A stretch of DNA of 64,000 nucleotides, from assembly GCF_009914755.1 (NCBI RefSeq), contig NC_060934.1; one strand, written 5' to 3'. The notes under the pieces were generated by a model. The model did not search any database. It was not told the DNA's origin and worked only from the letters and a program-made list of their open reading frames with translations. The translations under genes were made by a program, and so were the position numbers. The stretch's first letter is position 1, and each line of letters opens with the position of its first letter. Below, piece by piece: positions 1 to 17,655 of this stretch. The DNA is from the human T2T-CHM13v2.0 reference genome, Homo sapiens.

Positions 1-376
1 AAGAAAAAAATTGTTTTTATTGTTTTTCCCGCCCTGTTAATTGTCCATTTTCTATTCAATTGATTTATACACTTTTCTGTATTATTTCTTTTCTTTTACT
101 TATTTTTGGCTTAATTTATTTTATTATTTTCTAGCTTTTTCCCGTGATTTCTTTCACCCATGATTTATTTAAAAGTATGTTGCTTAATTTCCAAATTAAG
201 TATGTTATTAAGCAACATTAAGTGTGTTAAGTTTATTAATTATGTTATTAAGCAACATACTTAATTTGGAAATTAAGTATGTAATTTCCAAATTAAGTAT
301 GTTGCTTACTTTCCAAATTTGGGGACTTTTCAGACATCTTCTCCTGATAAATTTTATGGTCAGAGAACATAGTATG

Positions 377-809
377 TGTCTTAGTCTGTTTTGTGCTTCT
401 ATAACAGAATACTACTGCCTAGGTAATTTACAATAAGCAGAAATTAATTTCTCACAGTTCTAGATGCTGGCAAATCCAAGATCAACGTGTGGGCATCTGG
501 TGAGGACCTTCTGCTGCTGAATCCCCTGGTGGGACAGCAGTAGAGCACATGTGAGAGAGGGAAGGGGGCCAAACTTATTCTTTTATAAGGGGTTTTCTCC
601 TGCTGCAATAATGAACCCATTTCCTCAATAACAGCATTAATCCATTCATGAGGCAGAGCCCTTGTGACATAATGACCTCTTAAAAGTCCCACCTCTCAAC
701 AATGTTGCATTGGGGATTTAGTTTCCAACACATGAAGTTTTGGGGGCACAAATCACATTTATCTTAATTTATCTTACTTTTAATTTATCTCAATTTATCT
801 CACATAGCA
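377..809 (-). mobile_element. MaLR solo LTR (MST/MLT1A-like) inserted in an old L1 fragment
   Basis: TG...CA ends; 5-bp target duplication gtatg at 372-376 and 810-814; typical MaLR text (tgtcttagtctgttttgtg...aattaatttctcacagttct). Subfamily from memory. Confidence 0.7.
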
Positions 810-974
810 GTATGATTTTAGTCCTTTGAAATTTATTGAGACTTGTTTTATGGTCAGCATGTGGTGTCTGTTGATAAATGTTTAGGTTCACTTGTTGCTG
901 TTGTTGTTGCTTTTTTTTTTTAAGTGTATTCTGCAATCGTTGAGCATAATGTTCTGTGTTAATTGAACAGAGTA

Positions 975-1800
975 GCCTCTAAAAGAAAACAAAAAATTCT
1001 GATTCTTCTCAAACATTTTAAGTTGAGAGCTACAGTTTTGTTGTAAGTTTAAACAATTATAAATAATTTTAGGCATATTGTACGCATCAATATTTTTAAG
1101 TAAAATTGCTACATTGCTCTTTTGAATGCATCAAATGGAATCCAAATACAACAGTAGGTTTACAGCCACCATCATCCATTTTTTATAAACACATGAATAG
1201 GCTCTTCTTTAACAGTTCAAAATTTGACATATTTTTCCCTTTCTCGTTGATCTCTTATTTCCAGTCCACTGGATGAAATATCAAGGGCCTTTCTGTTCCA
1301 CTTCTTCCCAAAATATTTTCCTAATGTAATCAATGTTTAAGCTTGTAAGTCTGATTTATCACCTTGTCATACTTCTCTGCCAGTACATATTTTTTTTCTG
1401 AGGCCATAATTCCTAATGTTAGATGTTTTCTTTTGGAGTGAGTTGTCATTACAATTAATATTAGTGCATAACTAATCAAACAACCTAATGGTTATGTATT
1501 AAGTGACAAACAACAAATGATTATTTATACATGTTAAGTAATCATTAGACAATCTTCATAAAATGAAGGCAGTTGTTTGTGAATTAGATTATGTATCAGT
1601 AGACAGCTATTCCTTCTTAATAGATTGAGAGAAGACTCAGCAACAATATTCTTCCAATTTTTTTGTCTTATTTGAATAGAAGAGCTGAGGAAGCTTTTTC
1701 TCAGAAATAAGTAGATGGTGAGGCCAAAAAATTTATTATAGCAATGTCACTCAATTCTTTGAAAGCTGTTCAGTTATATTTCAAAAACCATATAGTGATC
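975..1800 (-). mobile_element. possible ancient hAT DNA-transposon fossil
   Basis: AT-rich; minus-strand translation near 1130-1200 has a decayed 'DGGCKPTVVF' stretch resembling hAT zinc-finger segments. Weak resemblance only. Confidence 0.25.
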
Positions 1801-1812
1801 TATCATCAAATA

Positions 1813-2015
1813 TTTACTTTCAGTAAAATTAAAAGAAGATCTAATAGAACTGTCGAATAATATAATAATAATATTCATTATATTATTTTATAATACCATA
1901 TGTTATATAATATATTATTTAAATAATATAATTAATAAATATATTAATTTTAATATTATAATTTATATTATTTGATAGGTCTATTAGATCTTCTTTCAAT
2001 TTTACTGAAAGCAAA
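1813..2015. repeat. inverted repeat with AT-rich spacer
   Basis: Arms 1813-1865 and 1963-2015 are reverse complements at 48/53 positions; the 97-bp spacer is almost pure A/T. Confidence 0.9.
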
Positions 2016-2359
2016 GAATGGAAAACAACAAAGTTGGAAAAGGATTTGTTAACTGTTTTTGTTTTTTGAGACAGGGTCTCACCCTGTCACCTAGGCTGGA
2101 GTACAGTGGCACAATCACGGCTCACTGAAGTCTTGACTTCCTAGCCTCAACTAATCCTTTCACCTCAGCCTTCTGAGTAGCTGTGACTACAGGCATGCAC
2201 CACCACACCCGGGTAATTTTTAAAAAATTTTTATTAGAGGTGAGGTCTCGCTTCATTGTCCAGGCTGATCTTGAACTCCGGCCTCAACTGAACCTCCCAC
2301 CCCGGCCTCCCAAAGTGCTGGGATTACAGGCATGAGCCACTGCGCCCAGCCCCTGTTAA

Positions 2360-2845
<486 letters not shown>

Positions 2846-3079
2846 TAACCACATTGCAAAGCCCTTTTTATCTTCTCATCATAAAGTCAAATCAGCCCAC
2901 ACTGACTTTCTGTCCTCAGAAGTCTGCCTTTATTTTTTAGACTAAATAAGTCTGCAAATACATCTCCTGTGACATCCATCTCACTCCTGACTTCTGAGAT
3001 AAATGGGTAAGGCACGGAGTCCTGCCGTGAGTTTGTCTTTGAAGTGAAATCAGATCTCTTGCCTACAACTTTCCCCTGA

Positions 3080-3441
<362 letters not shown>

Positions 3442-3529
3442 TAGAGATAGGGTTTCACCATGTTGGCCAGGCTGGTCTTGAACTCCTGACCTCAGGTGAT
3501 CCGCCCGCCCTGGCCTCCAAAAGTGCTGG

Positions 3530-4519
3530 TCTTACACTGACAAAGCTATCAAAATGGGAAGGAGAGGGGAGAACAGCAGCATAAGCGGCTGCCAGAGGTA
3601 GGGAAAGACCAGCAAGAAGAAAAGAGAGAAAGAGAAAGTCAGAGGAAGAGACAGAGACAGAAAGTCAAAGAGGGAGTCAGAAACAGAGACAAAGAAAAGG
3701 AGTCAGAGAAAAAGAGGGACAGACACAGAAAGTCAAAGAAAGAGTTAAAAAGAGAGGAAGAGACAAAGAAGAAGTCGAAGAGAGAAAGAGAGAGATGGGA
3801 GTAGTAAAGAAAAAACAGCATATCCCATTCCTTTAAAAGCCAGGGTAAATTTCTATCTACCCAGCCAAGGCATATTCTACTTATGTGGATCTTCAACCCA
3901 TATCGGCCTCTCAGACGGTTTGCAAGAAATAACGAAATCTATCCTTACTTTACAATCCCAAATAGACTCTTTGGCAGCAGTGACTCTCCAAAACCGCCGA
4001 GGCCTAGACCTCCTCACTGCTGAGAAAGGAGGTCTCTGCACCTTCTTAGGGGAAGAGTGTTGTTTTTACACTAACCAGTCAGGGATAGTATGAGATGCTG
4101 CCCGGCATTTACAGGAAAAGGCTTCTGAAATCAGACAACGCCTTTCAAATTCTTATACCAACCTCTGGAGTTGGGCAACATGGCTTCTCCCCTTTCTAGG
4201 TCCTGTGGCAGCCATCTTGCTGTTACTCGCCTTTGGGCCCTGTATTTTTAACCTTCTTGTCAAATTTGTTTCCTCTAGAATCGAGGCCATCAAGCTACAG
4301 ATGGTCTTACAAATGGAACCCCAAATGAGTTCAACTAACAACTTCTACCGAGGACCCCTGGACCGACCCACTGGCACTTCCCCTGGCCTAGAGAGTTCCC
4401 CTCTGAAGGACACCACAACTGCAGGGCCCCTTCTTCGCCCCTATCCAGCAGGAAGTAGCCAGAGCGGTCATCGGCCAAATTCCCAACAGCAGTTGGGGTG
4501 TCCCGTTTAGAGAGGGGAT
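3530..4519 (+). mobile_element. HERV9 internal fragment with defective env TM
   Basis: Frame from 3986 reads [35 protein letters not shown] (immunosuppressive domain plus CX6CC). In-frame TGA at 4091-4093; the same frame continues into ORF 4205-4510 (TM anchor and tail). Polypurine tract just before the LTR. Confidence 0.9.
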
Positions 4520-5938
4520 TGAGAGGTGACAGCATGCTGGCAGTCCTCAGAGCCCTCGCTTGCTCTCGGCACCTCCCCTGCCTGGGCTTCCACTTTGGTG
4601 GCATTTGAGGAGCCCTTCAGCCCCCCCCCACTGCCCTGTGGGAGCCCTTTTCTGGGCTGGCCAAGGCTGGAGCCCACTCCTTTAGCTTGCGGGGAGGTGT
4701 GGAGGGAGAGGCGTGAGCGGGAACCGGGGCTGCGTGCAGCGCTTGCGGGCCAGCTGGAGTTCCGGGTGGGCGTGGGCTGGGTGGGCCCCGCACTCGGAGC
4801 AGCCAGCCAGCCCTGCTGGCCCCGGGCAATGGGGGACTTAGTACCCGGGCCAGTGGCTGCAGAGGGTGTACTGAGTCCCCCAGCAGTGCCGGCCCACCAG
4901 CGCTGCGCTCGATTTCTCGCCGGGCCTTAGCTGCCTTCCCACGGGGCAGGGCTCAGGACCTGCAGCCCGCCATGCCTGAGCCTCCCACCCACTCCATGGG
5001 CTCCTGTGTGGCCCGAGCCTCCCCGACGAGCACCACCCCCTGCTCCACGGTGCCCAGTCCCATCGACCACCCAAGGGCTGAGGAATGCGAGTGCACAGCG
5101 CAGGACTGGCAGGCAGCTCCACCTGCAGCCCCAGTGCCGGATCCACTAGGTGAAGCCAGCTGGGCTCCTGAGTCTGGTGGGGACGTGGAGAGTCTTTATA
5201 TCTAGCTCAGGGATTGTAAATACACCAATCAGCACCCTGTGTTTAGCTCAAGGTTTGTGATGCACCAATCGACACTCTGTATCTAGCTGCTCTGGTGAGG
5301 ACGTGGAGAACCTTTATGTCTAGCTCAAGGATTGTAAATACACCAATCGGCACTCTGCATCTAGCTCAAGGTTTGTAAACACACCAATCAGCACCCTGTG
5401 TTTAGCTCAAGGTTTGTGAATGCACCAATCGACACTCTGTATCTAGCTGCTCTGGTGGGGCCTTGGAGAACCTGTGTGTGGAAACTCTGTATCTAACTAA
5501 TCTGATGGGGAGGTGGAGAACCTTTGTATCTTGCTCAGGGATTGTAAACGCACCAATCAGCACCCTGACAAAACAGGCCACTCGGCTCTACCAATCAGCA
5601 GGATGTGGGTGGGGCCAGATAAGAAAATAAAAGCAGGCTGCCAGAGCCAGCATTGGCAACCCGCTCGGGTCCCCTTCCACACTGTGGAAGCTTTGTTTTT
5701 TTGCTCTTTGCAATAAATCTTGCTACTGCTCACTCTTTGGGTCCACGCTGCCTTTATGAGCTGTAACACTCACTGCGAAGATCTGCAGCTTCACTCCTGA
5801 GCCCAGCAAGACCACAAGCCCACCGGGAGGAAGGAACAACTCCAGACGCGCCACCTTAAGAGCTGTAACACTCACCGCGAGGGTCCGCGGCTTCATTCTG
5901 AAGTCAGTGAGACCAAGAACCCACCAATTCCGGACACA
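4520..5938 (+). mobile_element. LTR12 (ERV9 3' LTR, LTR12C-like)
   Basis: Starts tgagaggtgacagc, ends ccggacaca; CpG-rich U3; ~41-bp tandem units with 7 CCAAT boxes (5225-5595); AATAAA near 5712. Confidence 0.92.
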
Positions 5939-6728
5939 CTGGGATTACAGGCGTGAGCCATGGCGCCTGGCCTTAGCCATTTTCAAGTGGACAATAGGGT
6001 GGTTTTCAGTATATTCACATTGTGTTGGGCAACCACCACCACCATCCATCTCCAGAACTCTTTCTTCTTGCAAAACTGAAACTCTGCACACATTAAACAC
6101 TAACTCCCCATTTCTCCATCACCATTCTATTCTCTGTCCCCATTAATTTGACTATTATAGGGACCTCATATAATTGGAATCACACAGTAATTGTCCTTTT
6201 GTGTCTGGTTTAATTTGCTTAGCACAATGTTCTCAAGAATTATCATGTTGTAGCATGTGTCAGAATTTCCTTTCTTGACCAGGCACAGTGGCTCATGTCT
6301 GTAAATCCCAGCACTTTGGGAGGCTGAGACGGGAGGATTGTTTGAGCCCAGGAGTTTGAGACCAGCCTGGGCAACATGGCAAAAACTCATCTCTACAAAA
6401 AATAAAAAACAATTAACCAGGCATGGTGATGCATGCCTGTGGTCCTAGCTACTCAGGAGGCTGATGTGGGAGGATCACTTGAGCCCAGGAGGTTGAGGCT
6501 GTGATGAGCTGTGATTGAGCCACTGCACTCCAGCCTGGGTGTCAGAGCAAGACCTTATCTCAATTTTTTTTTAAAAGATCACTTTTGTCACTGCTTCCCT
6601 GAATGCATGTGACTGATTGAGGCTATCATTCATCTCCACCCCTGCTACAGCAGTTTTCCTGTGTTGCGTCTCATTCTTCTCTGTCATCATTCTACAAGCT
6701 ATTGTCATATTCATCTTTCCACAATGCA

Positions 6729-7307
<579 letters not shown>

Positions 7308-7794
7308 AAAACCATCTTTCCACAATGCAAATTTGATCATATGACAATACCACCTACAATCCCCCAATGATGCACAGCACCCTACCACCCCCTTCTTTGA
7401 CAACAGAGCTGAGATTCTGTCCAGTTCTCCGCCATCCACGTGCTTCAGAGACACCTGGACCCATCTCCTCATTGATCTTGATTGGTTAAGCCAGTCAAGG
7501 CAATCCGTTGCTAATCATTGACTTAGGAAGGGGTTTACAAACTTGAGGCAGGGAGGAAGACTACAGTAGTGCAGAAGATTCTGGAAAAGGATTCTTAACT
7601 TTTAAAAAGAGCACAAGAAAAGGATCCCTAGTCCTTAAAAGGAGACACAAAGAAAGGATAGAATTCTATTTTGCCTCTGGACGGTGTGTAGAGATGCAAT
7701 GCCTGGGGCCACTGCAGTCATTTTGTGATCATGAGAAGAATGATTGATCTGATGAGGACAGAATGTGCCCTACTCTGGGCTTCCAGTTTTATGA

Positions 7795-8199
<405 letters not shown>

Positions 8200-9326
8200 T
8201 GAATAAACTCCAATTTACTATGTGTGGTGTAAAAGGATGTTCATCATCCATCCCTGTTGACCTCTCCAGTTGTCTCTCCCGCTGTCTCACCCTCTGTGCT
8301 CTGAACTAACACACTCTTGCCATGCTGTGTGGATTTACCCTTTCTTGACATTCTCTCTCTGGTGAGCAGCCCTCTACTCCCTTGCCTATTGGACAAAGAC
8401 TTTCTAATTCTTCCAGATTATGACTGAGCACCCTCTTCTCCTCAATGCCTCTCTCCTTTCACCTCTCCTGGTAGAAGTGACCTTCTCTTCCTTGTGTGCC
8501 CCACCCCATTCTCTCCCTTTTGCCCTCACTTTTCCTTGTACATGACCCCACTTCTAGGTTCAGCCTTACTCCATGCACATAGATTTGTAGGAGATTGCTC
8601 TCCCTCTGCTGCCCGCTTCTCCAGTAGACTCTGAGCTCCTTGGGAGCAAAGACTATATCTTATTCAGTTCTGTTTCTCCCAGGGGTTGTGATAGTGCCTG
8701 GAACATCATGGTCACTCAGTAAATATTTACTAAAGGGTATTGACGTGGAGGGCTTGGTTGAAAGCTGGGAGAAGTGGGAAGGGTGGCCAGGCAACTGTGA
8801 GGGGACAAGGGCTGGAGTGCCGGTGCGAGGTGTGTGGTGTGAGTGTGTGCACACATGTGTTGGCCGGCGTCTGGGTCTCTCTGTTGAGGGAACGCATGAA
8901 AGGGTGTCTGTGTCATGGTACAAGAGCGACCCAGTGGGTGAATGTGGGCTTGTGTGAGGCAAGTCTCCTGTGCAAGGAGGTATGAAAAGGGGGTTTGTTC
9001 CAGTGACTGGAGGCATCTGTGAGACTGTTGGGAGTGAAATTCTGAGGACTGGATCAGAAGTGCAGAAGGAACACATGTAAACTTTTCTGATCACTCGAAA
9101 TTTTGGTCCGCTTAAGATCTTTTCCTAAAGCCATATTTGTCATTTTTGAAGCCCTAGCTTCTAACCCTTTAATTATTTTCATTCCTACTCAACCTGCCCA
9201 TGTTTTCCACACCTCTTTTTAGTAACCAGAAAGGAATGAGGCAGACTGTCCTAATAATAAGCAGATCATCACCTATTATGTATGAAACCCAGGGTTTTTT
9301 GGTTTGTTTGTTTGTTTGTTTGTTAG

Positions 9327-9668
<342 letters not shown>

Positions 9669-10788
9669 TAGGAATTACCTGAGATCCTCCAGGCCACAGG
9701 ATGATGGAAGATAACATGTGTGATTTTGTCTTTTTCTTGTTTTGGAGGAAGACACAGGAGCCCATCGGGGTAACGAGGAATCAACACAAGATTATGGGTG
9801 GTCTGGAGCTCTCCCCCTCCTGCCAGTTTCCAGCAACATCCGAGGCATAGTCGTGACTGATTTGGGGGTGAGTTTTGTCATATTCATTGATAAATACATC
9901 CTTATTTTTTGAGACAGGGTCTCCAGCCCAGGCTGGAGTGCACTGGTGTGATCATCCTCACTGCAGTCTCAACCTCCTGGGCTCAAGTGATCTTCCTGCT
10001 TCAGCCTCCTGTGTAGCTGGGACCACAGGTGCACACCACTATGTCCAGATAGTTGTATTGTCTTTTGTAGAGATGGGTCTCACTATGTTATCCAGGCTGG
10101 TTTTGAACTCCTGAGGCCAAGCGATCCTCCTGCCTCAGCCTCCCAAAGTTCTGGGATTCCAGGTGTGAGCCACTGTGCCCAGCTCTAGACCCAATTTTAA
10201 GATCTTTTTTACCAAGTGAAGTCTGAATGGGTTTCTCCACAAATGATAAGAACAAAAGAGAAAAATATCCAATACTCTTATTTACTTTGCAAAAGCACTC
10301 CATGCAGCCCTATTTTATAAATGAAGAAGCTAAGGTCTAGAGATGTTCAGTGACTTGTATAGGAAGGTACATAGAGCAGCCGGGGTTTCTCCTGAGGCCT
10401 GGCTGCGGGGAGCATTCGAGGGACTCTCCAAGGAGAGCTAGGGACTGAGTGTGGGGTTTGGTCCTTTTTTTTTTTTTTTAATTGGCTCTGTCATTGGTCT
10501 AGGAAAAGACTGCAGACCAGGAAATGCAGGTTTCAGACCAGGAAGAGATTCTGCAAATCACGTGGTGGAGAGAAAGCTGTGTTTCCTGGGGGGTTAGCTG
10601 CAGCTCCAGTGACCATACCCCCAGGGTCAAGTCACAAAACCCCCCAGGATCAATGTTGAACTGTGTCCAGGAAGAAGCAAGAAATGAAGAGTGTGGCCGG
10701 TTGCAGAGGCTCACGCCTGTAATTCCAGCACTTTGGGAGGCCGAGGCGGGCGGATCATGAGTTCAAGAGATTGAGACCATCCTGGCTA

Positions 10789-10974
<186 letters not shown>

Positions 10975-11998
10975 TCAAAAAAAGACTTTATGAGGTGCTC
11001 ACACAAGGCACAAACAAAACAAACAGGAAAGATTCCCCTTCTGTGAATTTTAGGACTAACGGGAAAACCAGAGACCTTTTTTCCTTGGGCTTAGAGTTCC
11101 CGTCATCCTTTTAAAAATCTTATGCTCTTTAAAAAAACAAATTGTGGTTAAATACACATAACATAAAATTTGGCATCTTAGCCACTTTTAGGTGTACAGT
11201 TGAGTGGCATCAAGCACAGTCACTGTTGTGCGATCATCGCCACCATCCATCTCCAGAACACTTTCCACCCTCTGAACCTCTTTCCCCATTAAACAACAAC
11301 TCCCCACTCCTTCTCCGTCCCGCCCCTGAGAACCATCATCCTACCTTCTGTCTCTATGAATTTGACTACTCTAGGGATGTCCGTTCCACGTAAGTGGAAT
11401 CAGACCGTAATTACCCTTTTGCATCTGGCTTATTTCACTTAGCATAATGTCCTCAAGGATCTTCATGTTTCAGCATGGATCAAAATTTCCTTTTTTTTTT
11501 TTTTGAGACAGAGTCTCACCCTGTCACCCAGCCTGGAGTGCAGTGGCGCTATTTCGGCTCACCGCAACCTCCGTCTCCCAGGTTCAAGCGATTCTCCTAC
11601 CTCAGCCTCCTGAGTGCTGGGATTATAGGCACGTGCCACTACGCCCAGCTAATTTTTGTATTTTTAGTAGAGACAGGGGATTTCACCATGTTTGCCAGCC
11701 TGGTCTCGAACTCCTGACCTCAGGCAATCCTCCTGCCTCAGACTCCCAAAGTGCTGGGATTACAGGCGTGAGCTACCTGCTCTGCTTTTTAAGGAACTGA
11801 GGCTAAGATAGACATTTCCTGTCGCATGTCTGCTGAAGTTCTACCAGGGAAGATAAACCACAGCTTGTGAATTTCTTTGCAATTGTAAGCAAAAAGCATC
11901 ATCAAGTGATCTGCCTGTGGTATGATAGAAACACCTGCTCCAGAAATTAGAACTCCTGGATCTACAAACTTCATCTCTTACTCAAAGCAACTAAATTA

Positions 11999-12154
<156 letters not shown>

Positions 12155-12161
12155 TTAGCTA

Positions 12162-12392
<231 letters not shown>

Positions 12393-12493
12393 TTACAACA
12401 CTTTACAGCACTTACGGAATGCTTGCTCTACCATATGATCTCTTTCGATGTTCTGCCAACGAGCTAGATGTTTTCACTTTTGATTGAAGATAA

Positions 12494-12634
<141 letters not shown>

Positions 12635-13469
12635 TAGTAGAGACAGGGTATCACCACGTTGGCCAGGCTGGTCTTGAACTCCTGGCCTCAACTAATCTGC
12701 CCACCTCAGCCTCCCAAAGTGCTAGGATTACAGGCGTAAGCCACTGTGCCCAGCTAAGCCTTGTTACTTCCATTTTTCAAATGAGCACTCTGAGACCCAG
12801 AGAAGTCAAGTAATTTACCCAAGAGCGCACAGCTGGTTAGTACGAGAGTCAGAAATTAAGCGCAGGTTTGTCTGACCTCAAACTCAGCATTGCTCCACTG
12901 TATTGTTCAGCCTGTCTGATTAGGTAATACAGGGAGGGATGTTCAGCTCCATAAAGCATAGTAAGATGTACCCTGGGAGCTGAAGACACAGCTAACTACA
13001 TTTTTCCTAAGAAAGCCTGTGTTCTTTGAGGCCTTTTGTTCTGGAGGTAAAGCACAAAAATCAGTGACTCAGGGGGACAAAAATTGGGCTTTTTAATTTC
13101 TGTTCTGTCGGCCCGCAATTCCCTGAACACCCTTTTTCCACTAGAGAGATCTCCAAACTCCATCTTTGCCATAATTGTTTAGATAGAGTTGGGGATGAGA
13201 GGGGCTGGCAGGAGGGATTACCCTTGCCGTGATGTTTCAAGTTGTCTCAAGCCCATGACAAAGGCTGGCTCTCTCTTATAAGAGGTATAGATTGTATCAA
13301 GGAATAGCAACTTTACCGAGAAAAAGGGATTAGAATGTTGGAACAACGAAGGCATATTAATAAAACTGTAATCATGCTTGGATAGGCATTACCAACCATA
13401 GAAGAAGTAAGTCTGAAAATCCCAAACCTTCATCGGCTGCTCAAAAGTTCCAAAGTGTCATTGCAGCAC

Positions 13470-14420
13470 TACTGACAAGAGCAAAGATGTAGAACCAATC
13501 CAGGAGTTCATCAGCGGTGGATTGGATAAAGAAAATGTGGTATATATAGACCGTGGAATACTATACAGCCACAAAAAAAGAACTAACTCATGTTCTTTGC
13601 AGCAACTTGGATGCAGCTGGAGGCCATTATCCTAAAGGAATTAACCCAAGAACAGAAAAACAAACAGCCCCCACATGTTTTCACTTATAAATAGGAGCTA
13701 AGTATTGGGCACACATGGGCATAAAGATGTGAACACTAGACACTGGGGACTCCTAGAGTGGAGAGGGAGGAAGAGAAGCAAGGGCTCCAAAACTACCTCC
13801 TGGGTACTATGCTCAGTACCTGGGTGATGGGATTGCAGCGGCATAATTAAGGAATCACAGAGACCGAGGTGTTGAGGAGGAATTATTTAATTATTTAGGT
13901 GCACCGACCCAGTCGGATTAACATCCAAAGGACTGAGCCCTGAACAAAGAGTCAAGTTACCTTTTAAGCATTTTGTGGGGCTGGGGGGAGATCTGTGCAG
14001 GGGGAAGCATATTATAGAAGCGAGAAGCAAAGACAGTTATTCAATTGAGACATGATTTACATCGTTTCTTACTTTTTAAGGAACATGTTTTATGACTTGA
14101 GATTATCTGCCTAGTGACCTTGCAGCTGCACTGCTAGAGAAGCAGAGTCTTCACAATGCCTGGGAAGGGAGGAGACATAAGGCTCACCAGCCACAGAAAA
14201 ACAGGCAGTTAATTTGAAAGGACTCCAGCTGTTTCTCTTCTTCAGGGGGAATTGGGTTTTCTTACATACAGCTGAGTTTTTGCTCACACATTCTTTATTT
14301 TCTTTCAATTCCTGTTTCAGGATCCATTGCACCCCAAACATCAGCATCATGGAAATATATCAAAACTGCATATGTACACCCTGAATCTAAAATAAAAGTT
14401 GAAATTTAAAAATTTAAAGA
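13470..14420 (+). mobile_element. L1 3' end (L1PB/old L1PA-like), interrupted by an LTR
   Basis: Typical L1 3' UTR text (ggataaagaaaatgtggtatatata...ggaggccattatcctaa) ending in aataaaag. Confidence 0.8.
13834..14319 (-). mobile_element. ERV1 solo LTR (LTR15-like)
   Basis: TG...CA ends; 4-bp duplication ggat at 13830-13833 and 14320-14323; minus strand begins tgaaacaggaattgaaagaaa. Family name from memory. Confidence 0.7.
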
Positions 14421-14739
14421 AAAGGCCGGGCGTGGTGGCTCACGCCTGGAATCCCAGCACTTTGGGAGGCCAAGGCAGGCAGATCACGAGGTTAGGAGAT
14501 CGAGACCATCCTGGCCAACATGGTGAAATCCCATCTCTGCTAAAAATACAAAAATTAGCCAGGCGTGGTGGCACGTGCCTGTAATCCCACCTACTCGGGA
14601 GGGTGAGGCAGAAGAATTGCTTGAACCAGGGAGTCAGAAGTTTCAGTGAGCTGAAGTCATACCACTACACTCCAGCCTGGTGAGAGAACGAGACTCCGTC
14701 TCAAAAAAAAAAAAAAAAAATTTAAAGAAGAAAGATCCA

Positions 14740-16170
<1,431 letters not shown>

Positions 16171-17431
16171 GAGTCATGATCTAGACTAGTGGACTTCATA
16201 CTTTTTGACTACACCCAACAGTAACAAATTTATTTTGCGTTGTGATCCCAAATGAGCATGCACATTGGAAACCGAAGCATCACTTTCTCTTACGATGTGC
16301 AAGTCTCTCTCATCTTTTGCATTTTTTTCATTTTATTCTATTTTGTTCTTTTTTTCAAAACTGACGTTGTGACTCACTAAATTAATATCAATGATGGGTC
16401 ACCACCGGGTGGGTCCCAGAGTTTGACCTAACACCAGGTGATGAGTCTGTGTCATGTAGGAGCCGAGACAGGGTGACAGGCCAGGACTGGGGAAGTGGAC
16501 GTTTGCTCAGGGAAGACTCCCTTCTCCTGGTGCAGTGACCTTCATCACAGCCCTTCCCTTCTTTCTTCTCAGAATTGATTTTACCCTCTCCATGCAGCTA
16601 AACTATGAAATTCAGGTGTGTGGGTCAATGCTCGGTGCACCTGTGTTGCAGTGGACACAGCGTTTGGGGCTATCTTCTTCCTTTTTGTAACCTGATCTTG
16701 CTTTGGGGCAATCTCGTTTCCTCTGATGTGTGATTTGGGGGGAGGTGGTGGCATATTCTCACCCATATTCCCTCTCCCCACCTCTGCGGCCACCAGGAGG
16801 CAGCATGTGGCTCTCACTGCCTGAAAGAGCCTGTCCCCGGTGCTTTGACTACGAATCAGGAGGCCCAGGGACAGGGGTGGGGGTAGAGGTCATCTTATCC
16901 CCAAAGCCACTGGCCTAGCCTGCCCCTTTGTGCTGTGCCCTGCCCCCCAGCGCCACTCATAGCACGTCCCCGAGCCCCAGAGAGCCTGCTGACACCATCT
17001 GTTTTCTGTTTCTCACGGTCAAGGGCAGTTTCTGTTGCTCGCAACCGAGATTCTGACTGCTACTGATAGGTACATTTAAATGGAATCCATGAAAATATCA
17101 TCTCCCACCACAGCCCAAAGTAGGTCCTTCGTGGGTTGCAAGTTACACTAGAGAGATCTGGTGGGGTGGTGGGGTGGGCTTAACACATTGCCGTAAACTT
17201 AATCCAGATTAAACACTGGCCACATCGAGGAAACAAAACAAACAGCTGCATGTCACAGGTAAGCAAGCTCTTCTCCGCACCAAGGAAGGGAGGATAGCAG
17301 AAACTTCCTGCCCGTCTCTCAGAAGCTGCGAGGTGTGAGGCCCCCAAAGCATCGCTTCAGTGGTGCAAGGTGCCTCCTGCCAAGGGACAAGGCACGTGTT
17401 GGCTTTACTGAATTTGTGCATTCATCTAGAG

Positions 17432-17655
17432 CGGAGTGGGCAAACTAGCGCCTCCGAGCCACATCTGGCGGGATGCCTGTTTTTGTAAATAGAGCTTTAT
17501 TGGGTCCCAGCCACGCATGTTGGATTACATGTTGTCTCTGGACGCCTTCCTGCTCCAGCGGCACAGTTGAGCAGCTGCCTCAGAGATGGCCCAGCTGCAA
17601 AGCTGAAAATATTTACTATCTGGCTCTTGACAGGAAAAAGGTTGCATCTTCTGAC
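17432..17655 (+). mobile_element. MER58-like hAT MITE
   Basis: gcctgtttttgtaaata...tttattgg...aaaatatttactatctggc is characteristic of MER58A. Confidence 0.7.

Noticed and set aside
5200-5600. ~41-bp periodic repeats resembling a CRISPR array
   Set aside because: Standard LTR12 U3 tandem repeats with no unique spacers.
4335-5769. ORFs overlapping the LTR12
   Set aside because: GC-rich LTR sequence yields chance ORFs.
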